Below are positions 1-6,979 of a stretch of DNA of 32,000 nucleotides, piece after piece (positions within the stretch are counted from its first letter, which is position 1; every line of letters begins with the position of its first letter). This DNA is from Vibrio cholerae ATCC 14035. GTDB lineage: Bacteria > Pseudomonadota > Gammaproteobacteria > Enterobacterales > Vibrionaceae. The stretch spans positions 240,001 to 272,000 of the forward strand of contig NZ_JHXR01000003.1 of NCBI RefSeq assembly GCF_000621645.1. Direction: 5' to 3'. The notes beneath the pieces were generated by a model. It was not told the DNA's origin and did no database searches. It saw only the letters and a program-made list of their open reading frames with translations. A program made the position numbers and the translations under genes.

Positions 1-174
1 AAAACCGGCTAGCTCTTCGCCTTTGTAATGAATCTCTGGTTTGTCAGAGTTGATATTCATGTAGCAGCGCAAGGCATCAATCACTCGAACTTCATGGCCA
101 CGCTGTTTGCACGCTTCTATCAAACGCTTGGTCGAATACAGCGAAGCGTTACGCGACAGAATACCAATTTTCAT
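1..174 (-). CDS. rimK: Ribosomal protein S6 L-glutamate ligase RimK, first 58 codons only (gene continues past the left edge)
   Basis: Reverse-strand translation from the ATG at 174..172 gives [58 protein letters not shown]. This closely matches my memory of the E. coli RimK N-terminus (MKIAILSR...CYMNIN...IHYKG). It is absent from the ORF track because it is truncated. Its ATG overlaps the stop of the upstream gene (ATGA). Confidence 0.85.
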   Translation of the reverse strand, partial: MKIGILSRNASLYSTKRLIEACKQRGHEVRVIDALRCYMNINSDKPEIHYKGEELAGF

Positions 175-614
175 TTACTCGGCTCCTCGAAAGGGATTAA
201 AAACGATTTTGTAGGATCGACCATGATTCGATGGTGCATGGCGGTACGTCCTAACAACATACGAAAAGCCATATTTTCTCGATTGGTCAAGGTGATCTCA
301 ATTGGCCAAATTTGGCCACCAAAGCTAAGTTCCGATCGAATGACGTAGCGCTTTTCTTCGTGGCCACCGGAATCGCGAACCACACGTTCGTCAATCACTT
401 CGGCTTCACACACATTCACTAGCTGATCATTCTTTTGCATCGGGTGGATCCAAAAACGAACCCATTGAGCTCCTTCCTTAGTGAAGCTCTCCACTTTGAA
501 CGCGTGCAAGCAAGACGTTCGGGCTCCGGTATCGATTTTCGCTTTAATACGTTCAATACCTAACCCTGGAAGGCTGAGTTCCTCACGCCATCCGACAATC
601 ATTTTTTCTTTCAT
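171..614 (-). CDS. Retropepsin-like aspartic protease of the RimK-associated family (COG4067/DUF785, formerly annotated 'ATP-dependent zinc protease'; RimB-like)
   Basis: 147-aa ORF with a D-T-G-A aspartic-protease signature ([10 protein letters not shown]). It lies directly upstream of rimK and overlaps it by 4 nt, the usual partnership for this family. Confidence 0.75.
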   Translation of the reverse strand: MKEKMIVGWREELSLPGLGIERIKAKIDTGARTSCLHAFKVESFTKEGAQWVRFWIHPMQKNDQLVNVCEAEVIDERVVRDSGGHEEKRYVIRSELSFGGQIWPIEITLTNRENMAFRMLLGRTAMHHRIMVDPTKSFLIPFEEPSK

Positions 615-810
615 CGCAATTTCATTAGTTTGAGAATTTCAGATACCGCTAAGGACAAGCAGCACCCTCGAAACAACTCGCATTTGGCCAGTTGTCGCTT
701 GAAGAGAGTTTGGTGAATAACTCTGGGAACTTCAAGGGGGCGAACTCTAGCAGCCAACCTCAAACTCAAGCTAATGAATTAAATTTGCCTTTTCGACAAA
801 AAAAATTGAT

Positions 811-840
811 ATAAAAAAGCCGAGTTATGCACTCGGCTTC
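811..840 (-). terminator. Rho-independent terminator of pepD
   Basis: On the minus strand: AAGCCGAGT-gcata-ACTCGGCTT followed by TTTTTTAT. It starts 8 nt after the pepD TAA stop. Confidence 0.75.
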
Positions 841-847
841 TTAGCGG

Positions 848-2320
848 TTAGGCTTTCACTGGGATATTGGCGAGTAGTGCCACCATCTGTTGCCAGAACA
901 GATCAACCGTGTCTATCTTCACTTTTTCATCCGGTGAATGTGGGAACTTGATGGTTGGACCGAAAGAGACCATATCCATGTTTGGATAGGGTTTTTTGAA
1001 CAGCCCACACTCAAGACCCGCGTGGATCACCATGATATTCGGTTTGTGGCCATAAATGCCTTCATACATATCACGGAAAATATGCATGATTTCAGAATCA
1101 GCATCGGGTTTCCAGCCAGGGTAAGCACCAGAAAGGTCCAGCTCTGCCCCCGCAAGTTGTGCCAGCGATTGCAACATGCCCTCGACTTGGTGGCGGCCTG
1201 AGTCCATTAGGGAGCGAATCAAGCACAGCACTTTGATTTTGTTGGCTTCTGTGGTGATCACTCCCACGTTGAGTGAGGTTTCTACAACACCTGCAATATC
1301 ATCGCTCATGCGGATCACACCGTTTGGACACGTGTTCAGAGCGGCAACAAAACGTTGTTGAGTGTGCGCGGTCAGCACTTCACTTTGCAGTTCTTTGGCT
1401 TCAAGGAAAGTTACCAAGTGAGTTTCAACCTTACCCAGTTCAGCTTTGAGTAGCTCAGTGTAGCGGTGGAATAAGGTTTCTAATTCGGCTACGTGCTGTT
1501 CTGGCAAGGCGACGGTGACAAAAGCTTCACGCGGGATCGCATTACGTAGACTACCGCCACGGAATTCGACTAAGCGCAGATCTAATTCTTTCGCATGGCC
1601 TGCGAGAAAGCGCGCCATCAGCTTGTTAGCGTTACCACGGCCAGTGTGAATATCACAACCTGAGTGACCGCCTTTCAAACCCTTTAAGATCAGTTGGCGG
1701 CCAACATAACCAGCAGGGATCGCTTCACGCTCAATGGAGAAAGTGAACTCGGCGTTCACGCCTCCCGCGCAGCCCATATAGACTTCACCTTCTTGCTCAG
1801 AGTCGGTATTGAGCAGAATGTCGCCCTCCAGCCAACCTTCTTTGAGGCCAAAAGCGCCGGTCATGCCTGCTTCTTCATCAATAGTCAGCAGAACTTCAAT
1901 TGGACCATGTTGGATCTCTTTAGAAGCCAGTACTGCTAGGCAAGAAGCCATGCCGATACCATTATCCGCGCCAAGCGTAGTGCCTTTAGCAGTAACCCAT
2001 TCACCATCAATATAAGGCTGGATCGGATCTTTGGTGAAATCATGCACTGTGTCTTCATTTTTTTGCGGCACCATATCAATGTGCGCTTGAAGTACCACAC
2101 CTTTACGATTTTCCATGCCCGGTGTCGCTGGCTTTTTAATAAAGACGTTACCGGTCTCATCACGACGAACGGCCAATCCTTGTTCTTTAGCCCAGTTGAT
2201 AATGTATTGAGCTAATGCCTCTTCATGTTTTGAAGGGTGCGGGATGGAACAGATAGTGGCGAAAAATGGCCAAATTGGATTTGACGATAACTTACTGATT
2301 TCGGTTTGGAACTCAGACAC
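848..2320 (-). CDS. pepD: Aminoacyl-histidine (Xaa-His) dipeptidase PepD, 490 aa
   Basis: Collinear with E. coli PepD along its whole length (…IWPFFATICSIPHPS…VVLQAHIDMVPQKN…TTLGADNGIGMA…IHAGLECGLF…). The ORF-track start at 2452 adds 44 non-homologous residues. I place the start at the GTG at 2320..2318, preceded by TAAGGAG with 6-nt spacing, giving MSVSEFQTEISKL…. Confidence 0.93.
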   Translation of the reverse strand: MSEFQTEISKLSSNPIWPFFATICSIPHPSKHEEALAQYIINWAKEQGLAVRRDETGNVFIKKPATPGMENRKGVVLQAHIDMVPQKNEDTVHDFTKDPIQPYIDGEWVTAKGTTLGADNGIGMASCLAVLASKEIQHGPIEVLLTIDEEAGMTGAFGLKEGWLEGDILLNTDSEQEGEVYMGCAGGVNAEFTFSIEREAIPAGYVGRQLILKGLKGGHSGCDIHTGRGNANKLMARFLAGHAKELDLRLVEFRGGSLRNAIPREAFVTVALPEQHVAELETLFHRYTELLKAELGKVETHLVTFLEAKELQSEVLTAHTQQRFVAALNTCPNGVIRMSDDIAGVVETSLNVGVITTEANKIKVLCLIRSLMDSGRHQVEGMLQSLAQLAGAELDLSGAYPGWKPDADSEIMHIFRDMYEGIYGHKPNIMVIHAGLECGLFKKPYPNMDMVSFGPTIKFPHSPDEKVKIDTVDLFWQQMVALLANIPVKA

Positions 2321-2620
2321 AGATGACTCCTTACTGTAATTTTTCCCGTGTATCCTCTCTCCAGAGCTGGGTCGTGGCAGAGAATTTGCCTGTAACAGGT
2401 AGGTACTTTCGTTGCACAGCATATCACTGTGCAGGGGCAGGGTGTAGGTCAAAAGTGGCAGGAAAACGGGTTTTGATCATCGGCTAGCGTCAGGAATGAT
2501 AAGAAGACGTAACGTGACTGAGGTAGGCAAATGCATCTTCATGCACTTTAACTGTAATTTTTCTTAATAAAGTTGTAATTAAATTACTAAAAAATGCTGA
2601 CCAAGATCAATTTAAATGAT

Positions 2621-2642
2621 TTTTGTGATTTTAATCACCTTA
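2621..2642. promoter_or_regulatory. CRP (cAMP receptor protein) binding site
   Basis: tttTGTGAttttaaTCACCtta against the consensus aaaTGTGAtctagaTCACAttt. The left half-site is perfect, the right is 4/5, and the 6-bp spacer is correct. It lies immediately upstream of the candidate promoter at 2647-2674. Confidence 0.6.
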
Positions 2643-2646
2643 AGTG

Positions 2647-2674
2647 TTGTAATTTAATTTCTTGGTGGTATATT
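2647..2674 (+). promoter_or_regulatory. Candidate sigma70 promoter with extended -10 for the sRNA/small-ORF transcript
   Basis: TTGTAA (2647-2652), a 16-nt spacer including TGg (2666-2668), then TATATT (2669-2674). The predicted TSS is near 2681. Confidence 0.4.
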
Positions 2675-2784
2675 TGTGTACAGCTTCGCTAGCGAAGAGA
2701 AAACGCTCAAAGGATGAGTCCGATTTATCGCCTCCATGGAACCGAGAAATCAAGTAAACAGTTTTGATTTTAATGGTGATAGTT

Positions 2785-2874
2785 ATGAATAAAGGTTTAT
2801 CGTCTGCAATGTTCTGGAACCAACACTCTGTGTACACCGGTAACTTTGCATACCCTCGTAGCTTCGGCTACTGA
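2785..2874 (+). CDS. 29-aa small protein MNKGLSSAMFWNQHSVYTGNFAYPRSFGY (VcdP-like)
   Basis: ATG at 2785 preceded by GGTGA (2775-2779, 5-nt spacing). There are 29 sense codons and a TGA at 2872-2874. It is below the ORF-track size cutoff. It is embedded in a terminator-bounded intergenic transcript. Confidence 0.5.
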   Translation: MNKGLSSAMFWNQHSVYTGNFAYPRSFGY

Positions 2875-2958
2875 TACGCAACTTTTGCGTCTCGAACAAG
2901 TTTTGTTCACCCCTAAATTGGAATTTATTGACGACCAAATTTGGTCGATATGATTCAC

Positions 2959-2987
2959 CGCCATCTCACTTGAGGTGGCGTTTTTTT
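2959..2987 (+). terminator. Rho-independent terminator of the intergenic transcript
   Basis: CGCCATCTC-actt-GAGGTGGCG (9 bp including one G-U pair) followed by TTTTTTT. No annotated + strand gene precedes it, which implies an unannotated transcript. Confidence 0.85.
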
Positions 2988-3137
2988 ATCCTCAAAAAAT
3001 CTTCCCTATTCGAACTTGATCGCAACATTCTGTTGGTATTGAGCAATTGACTTATCTTCTGATCGACAGATTCCCTTTTTGGTTAGAAAACCCGCGTACA
3101 GTCAGAATTGTGTCTGGAATTTGTTTTTTGATAACTC

Positions 3138-3143
3138 TATAAT
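3138..3143 (+). promoter_or_regulatory. Candidate -10 hexamer for the permease/gpt transcript
   Basis: Perfect TATAAT 55 nt upstream of the permease ATG. I found no convincing -35 element. Confidence 0.35.
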
Positions 3144-3158
3144 CGCCGCCAATCGTTT

Positions 3159-3174
3159 ACGCAACCGTTTACTT
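3159..3174. promoter_or_regulatory. PurR-type operator (PUR box)
   Basis: ACGCAACCGTTTACTT against the recalled E. coli purF operator ACGCAAACGTTTTCTT (14/16) and the palindromic consensus ACGCAAACGTTTGCGT. It lies just downstream of the TATAAT and ahead of a purine permease-gpt pair. Confidence 0.5.
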
Positions 3175-3197
3175 TTTTACCACTAAAGGATTCGAAC

Positions 3198-4490
3198 ATG
3201 CTGGAAAAGCTTTTTAAACTCAGTGAATACGGCACGAACGTGCGCACTGAGATCCTCGCTGGGGTCACGACTTTCCTGACCATGGCTTACATTATTTTTG
3301 TTAACCCAGCCATTTTGTCGGATGCGGGAATGGATCGCGGTGCGGTTTTCGTGGCGACCTGTTTGGCGGCCGCGATTGGCTGTTTCATTATGGGTTTTAT
3401 TGCCAATTATCCTATCGCTCAAGCGCCAGGTATGGGGCTTAATGCCTTCTTCACTTATGGTGTGGTTCTTGGTATGGGACACACTTGGCAAGTCGCTCTG
3501 GCCGCGGTGTTCTGCTCGGGCGTGCTGTTTATCCTACTCAGCTTGTTCAAAATCCGTGAGTGGATCATCAACTCGATTCCTCACTCTTTACGTACTGGCA
3601 TTTCAGCGGGTATTGGTCTGTTCTTAGCTTTCATCGCATTAAAAAATGCGGGCATTGTGGTCGATAATCCGGCAACACTGGTTTCTTTAGGCGCAATTAC
3701 CTCGCTGCATGCGGTGTTGGCAGCAGTGGGCTTCTTCCTGACGATTGGTTTAGTCTATCGCGGTGTCAAAGGCGCGGTGATGATTGCTATTTTAGCGGTG
3801 ACAGCTCTCGGTCTCGTATTTGGTGATGTGCAATGGGGCGGCATTATGTCTACGCCTCCGAGTATCGCGCCGACCTTCATGCAACTCGATTTCTCTGCTG
3901 TCTTTGAGATCGGCATGATTTCTGTGGTGTTTGCGTTCTTGTTTGTTGACCTATTTGACACTGCTGGCACCTTGGTTGGCGTTGCAACCAAAGCGGGATT
4001 GATCGAAAAAGATGGCAAAATTCCGCGCCTGAATCGTGCCCTGTTGGCGGATTCGACAGCAACGTCTGTCGGCGCTCTGCTCGGTACTTCAAACACCACT
4101 TCTTATATTGAAAGTGTCTCCGGTGTTGCTGTTGGTGGCCGTACTGGTTTAACTGCTGTGGTGGTTGGCATTTTGTTCCTTCTTGCATTATTCTTCTCGC
4201 CACTAGCGGGTATGATCCCAGCTTATGCGACGGCCGGTGCACTTTTCTATGTTGCTATTCTGATGATGTCGGGGTTAGTGAGCATTGATTGGCGTGATCT
4301 GACTGAAGCGGCACCCACTGTTGTTACCTGTTTGATGATGCCTCTGACATTCTCGATTGCGGAAGGTATCTCACTCGGTTTTATTGCTTATGCCGCAATC
4401 AAACTTTTCAGTGGTAAAGGACGCAGCGTCTCTCTCAGTGTATGGGTTATGGCGGCCATTTTTGTCATCAAATACATTTTGGCGGCGTAA
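3198..4490 (+). CDS. adeP: Purine permease, NCS2/AzgA family, most similar to the E. coli adenine permease AdeP (PurP)
   Basis: 430-aa polytopic membrane protein. MLEKLFKLSEYGTNVRTEILAGVTTFLTMAYIIFVNPAILSDAGMD… parallels recalled PurP ([40 protein letters not shown]…). Other conserved blocks: …SYIES.SGV..GGRTGLTAVVVG.LFLL. The AAAGGA SD sits 7 nt before the ATG. Substrate specificity (adenine versus guanine/hypoxanthine) is not determined. Confidence 0.88.
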   Translation: MLEKLFKLSEYGTNVRTEILAGVTTFLTMAYIIFVNPAILSDAGMDRGAVFVATCLAAAIGCFIMGFIANYPIAQAPGMGLNAFFTYGVVLGMGHTWQVALAAVFCSGVLFILLSLFKIREWIINSIPHSLRTGISAGIGLFLAFIALKNAGIVVDNPATLVSLGAITSLHAVLAAVGFFLTIGLVYRGVKGAVMIAILAVTALGLVFGDVQWGGIMSTPPSIAPTFMQLDFSAVFEIGMISVVFAFLFVDLFDTAGTLVGVATKAGLIEKDGKIPRLNRALLADSTATSVGALLGTSNTTSYIESVSGVAVGGRTGLTAVVVGILFLLALFFSPLAGMIPAYATAGALFYVAILMMSGLVSIDWRDLTEAAPTVVTCLMMPLTFSIAEGISLGFIAYAAIKLFSGKGRSVSLSVWVMAAIFVIKYILAA

Positions 4491-4527
4491 GAGAAGACAT
4501 TATAAAAATTCAATTTAGGTTTATCAC

Positions 4528-4992
4528 ATGAGCAAAAAATTCGTTATCACCTGGGACAATATGCAGCATTACTGCCGTGAACTTGCACAGCGTCAAATGC
4601 CTGCAGAACAATGGAAAGGTATCTTGGGTGTCAGCCGTGGTGGCTTAGTTCCCGCTGCTATTCTCGCTCGCGAGTTGGGCATTCGCTATGTGGATACGGT
4701 GTGTATCTCGAGCTATGACCATGATCACCAGCGTGATATGACAGTTCTGAAAGCACCAGAGCATGACGGCGAAGGTTTCTTGATCATTGACGATCTGGTG
4801 GATAGCGGCGATACCGCACGTAAAATCCGTGAAATGTATCCGAAAGCGAAATTTGTGACTGTCTGTGCTAAACCTGCGGGTAAAGACTTGGTTGACGAGT
4901 ACGTGGTTGATATTCCACAAGACACTTGGATCGAGCAACCATGGGACATGGTGCTGTCTTATGTTGAGCCAGTTAATCGCAAGCAAAAATAG
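4528..4992 (+). CDS. gpt: Xanthine-guanine phosphoribosyltransferase
   Basis: 154 aa, near-collinear with E. coli Gpt (…[35 protein letters not shown]…[44 protein letters not shown]). Confidence 0.95.
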   Translation: MSKKFVITWDNMQHYCRELAQRQMPAEQWKGILGVSRGGLVPAAILARELGIRYVDTVCISSYDHDHQRDMTVLKAPEHDGEGFLIIDDLVDSGDTARKIREMYPKAKFVTVCAKPAGKDLVDEYVVDIPQDTWIEQPWDMVLSYVEPVNRKQK

Positions 4993-5011
4993 TCTTTTTG
5001 CCGAGAATTTG

Positions 5012-5042
5012 AAAATGACCCTTTCAAGGGTCATTTTTTTTT
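5012..5042 (+). terminator. Rho-independent terminator after gpt
   Basis: AAAATGACCCTT-tc-AAGGGTCATTTT followed by a T-run extending to 5042. Confidence 0.8.
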
Positions 5043-5088
5043 ACTACTGTTAGCCCAACTTAGCGCAACGCCAGTAAAGAGACTTGTC

Positions 5089-6336
5089 ATGTCAGAAGCG
5101 AGCAGCAAAAACCTGTCTGAGACCCTGTTTCAAAATCACAAACAAGCTAAAGAGACATCTTCGCTTACCCAATATATGCCAAGCAGTTTAGAGCTGTTAG
5201 ACACTCGCCGAGAACAATCATCCCAAGCTTGGTACCGTAATTTGCGCCGTTTACAGTGGATTTGGCAGGGCGTTGATCCGGTTGAGCAGGAAGAGATCCT
5301 GGCGCGGATTGCCTCTTCTAAGCATTCGCGCACTCACGATGAGTGGCTTGATACTGTGATGGGATATCGCAGTGGTAACTGGACCTACGAATGGACGCGC
5401 GTTGGCATGCTGCATCAAAAGCAAGCGGCGGAGCGTCAAGGAGAAGAGGCGGCCGATCAAATGTTTGCCGCGGCGCTCTATTACAGCATCGCGGGTTATC
5501 CTCATCTTCGAAACGACAACTTGGCTTTACAAGCCCAAGTGCTCGCAAACAATGCTTATCAAGAAGCGGCAAAACTGACGGGATTTGTGGTTAAGCGCTT
5601 AGAGTTTTCCTATCAAAACAAAAAAATTGCTGGTTATTTGCATCTACGTAATACCGATTCTCCAAAGCCTGTGGTGCTGGTTAGTGCGGGGTTAGATAGC
5701 TTACAAACTGATATGTGGCGTCTATTTCGCGACTATTTAGCCAAGCGAGATATCGCCATGCTGACCATTGATATGCCGTCACTGGGCGCAAGCTCTCACT
5801 GGCCATTGACTGAAGATTCCTCCTGCTTGCATCAAGCGGTACTGAACCAGCTGGCAGATCTGCCTTGGGTGGATCATTTCCGTATCGGGCTGATTGGTTT
5901 TCGTTTTGGTGGGAATGCGATGGCGCGGCTGGCTTTTCTCGAGTCGGATAAGGTGAAAGCTTGTGTTTCACTTGGCGCGCCAATTCACGATATTTTCACC
6001 TCCCCTAATAAGTTGGCCGCCATGCCAAAAATGTATCTTGATGTACTGGCGTCACGTTTAGGCAAAAACGTAGTCGATGTGCGCAGCTTATCCGGACAAT
6101 TGATGGCATGGTCGCTAAAAGTGCAGGGTTTTATGTCTGGCCGCAGAACCAAAACGCCGATTTTAGCACTGGGATTGGAAGGGGATCCGGTATCGCCTTA
6201 TTCAGACAACCAACTCGTGGCACTCTTTAGCCAAGGTGGGCAAGCGAAGAAAGTAAAAAGTAAAACAATTTCACAGGGATATGAGCAATCCCTCGATTTG
6301 GCAATAAACTGGCTAGAAGATGAACTTTGCAAGTGA
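5089..6336 (+). CDS. frsA: FrsA (fermentation/respiration switch protein; alpha/beta-hydrolase 'esterase FrsA')
   Basis: 415 aa, collinear with E. coli FrsA (…NLSETLF…GNW.YEW…AMLTIDMPS.G.SS.W.LT.DSS.LHQ.VL…GFRFG.N…MYLDVLASRLG…LKVQG…). The pepD-gpt-frsA-crl-proBA synteny matches E. coli. Confidence 0.9.
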   Translation: MSEASSKNLSETLFQNHKQAKETSSLTQYMPSSLELLDTRREQSSQAWYRNLRRLQWIWQGVDPVEQEEILARIASSKHSRTHDEWLDTVMGYRSGNWTYEWTRVGMLHQKQAAERQGEEAADQMFAAALYYSIAGYPHLRNDNLALQAQVLANNAYQEAAKLTGFVVKRLEFSYQNKKIAGYLHLRNTDSPKPVVLVSAGLDSLQTDMWRLFRDYLAKRDIAMLTIDMPSLGASSHWPLTEDSSCLHQAVLNQLADLPWVDHFRIGLIGFRFGGNAMARLAFLESDKVKACVSLGAPIHDIFTSPNKLAAMPKMYLDVLASRLGKNVVDVRSLSGQLMAWSLKVQGFMSGRRTKTPILALGLEGDPVSPYSDNQLVALFSQGGQAKKVKSKTISQGYEQSLDLAINWLEDELCK

Positions 6337-6469
6337 CATTTCCATAAAAGTCATCAAAAGTAAGCAATAAGTGGCGAATATTTGTTCGTCTAATTCTAAA
6401 ATCTCCCCGCCGAAGTTGTCGGTTGAGGGAGATAACATGGCTCTCAATTGCTGCTTATGGAGATGAATT

Positions 6470-6859
6470 ATGTCAGAGATGACCAAAACCCCTACCCACT
6501 ACCGCCTGCTCTCGACCTTGAAAGCGATGGGGCCTTATTTACGCGAAGGGCAGTGTAGTGAGCGATTCTACTTATTTGATTGTCTCGCCTCATGTGTGAA
6601 CGATAAAAAATCCCCTGAAAAACGCGAGTTTTGGGGCTGGTGGATGGAGTTGACGCAAAATGAGCAAGAAATGTCAGCTTGCTACCATATCGGTCGCTAT
6701 ACGCTTGCGGGAGATTGGGTTGCAGAAGCGATACCAGAATCTGCCCAAGCGGAGGTTAATCATACTCAAGCGGAATTTCACAAAAAGTTAGTCAAAACGT
6801 TACGTGAACGTTTCGAAATCTCTGTCACTGTCTCAACCGAGTCCGCGCCATTTGCCTAA
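6470..6859 (+). CDS. crl: Sigma factor-binding protein Crl (RpoS holoenzyme assembly factor)
   Basis: 129 aa with Crl hallmarks: …LGPY.REG.C…F.FDCLA.CVN.K..PE.REFWGWWMEL… The GGAG SD sits 7 nt upstream of the ATG. Confidence 0.9.
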   Translation: MSEMTKTPTHYRLLSTLKAMGPYLREGQCSERFYLFDCLASCVNDKKSPEKREFWGWWMELTQNEQEMSACYHIGRYTLAGDWVAEAIPESAQAEVNHTQAEFHKKLVKTLRERFEISVTVSTESAPFA

Positions 6860-6885
6860 TTAACCCTGTTCAATCGATAACCCGA

Positions 6886-6913
6886 AGAAAAAGGTGCTTT
6901 TGCACCTTTTTCT
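6886..6913 (+). terminator. Rho-independent terminator after crl
   Basis: AAAAAGGTGC-tttt-GCACCTTTTT followed by CTG. Confidence 0.8.
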
Positions 6914-6979
6914 GCTTGTGCATTGCAGTGTGGATTGCTAAAACATCGTCTCTTAAAGTTTTTCTCAACAGAAGCAATC

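Larger units (their letters stand above)
2681..2987 (+). ncRNA. vcdRP: Candidate ~300-nt dual-function sRNA (VcdRP-like). The 5' end is predicted only; the 3' end is set by the terminator.
   Basis: CRP box and extended -10 promoter upstream. Internal 29-codon ORF. Downstream hairpins: GTAGC-UUCG-GCTAC (2858-2871), ACGCAA/TTGCGT (2876-2890), GAACAA/TTGTTC (2894-2908), CGACCAAA/TTTGGTCG (2932-2947). A strong intrinsic terminator follows. The name is assigned from recalled properties of VcdRP (29 aa, CRP-regulated), not from sequence recall. Confidence 0.55.

Noticed and set aside
28-348. 106-aa + strand ORF
   Set aside because: It is entirely antisense to the well-supported rimK and protease genes and has no homology signal. 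It is a shadow ORF.
2713-2766. 17-codon ORF (MSPIYRLHGTEKSSKQF) in the putative sRNA 5' region
   Set aside because: The only purine-rich stretch (AAAGG) abuts the ATG with no spacing. It has no other support.
2640-2837. 65-aa ORF on the minus strand in the pepD/permease spacer
   Set aside because: It has no SD and a low-complexity, AT-driven composition with no recognisable fold or motif. It lies antisense to the better-supported + strand sORF and promoter, and it begins inside the CRP box region. It is most likely a chance ORF in AT-rich DNA.
3136-3197. Possible purine riboswitch, because the leader begins CUAUAAUCGC like the xpt/add aptamer P1
   Set aside because: Only about 55 nt are available before the start codon. 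There are no P2/P3 helices and no conserved GGAUAUGG or CCGUAAAU loop motifs. The TATAAT is better explained as a -10 box and the following sequence as a PurR operator.
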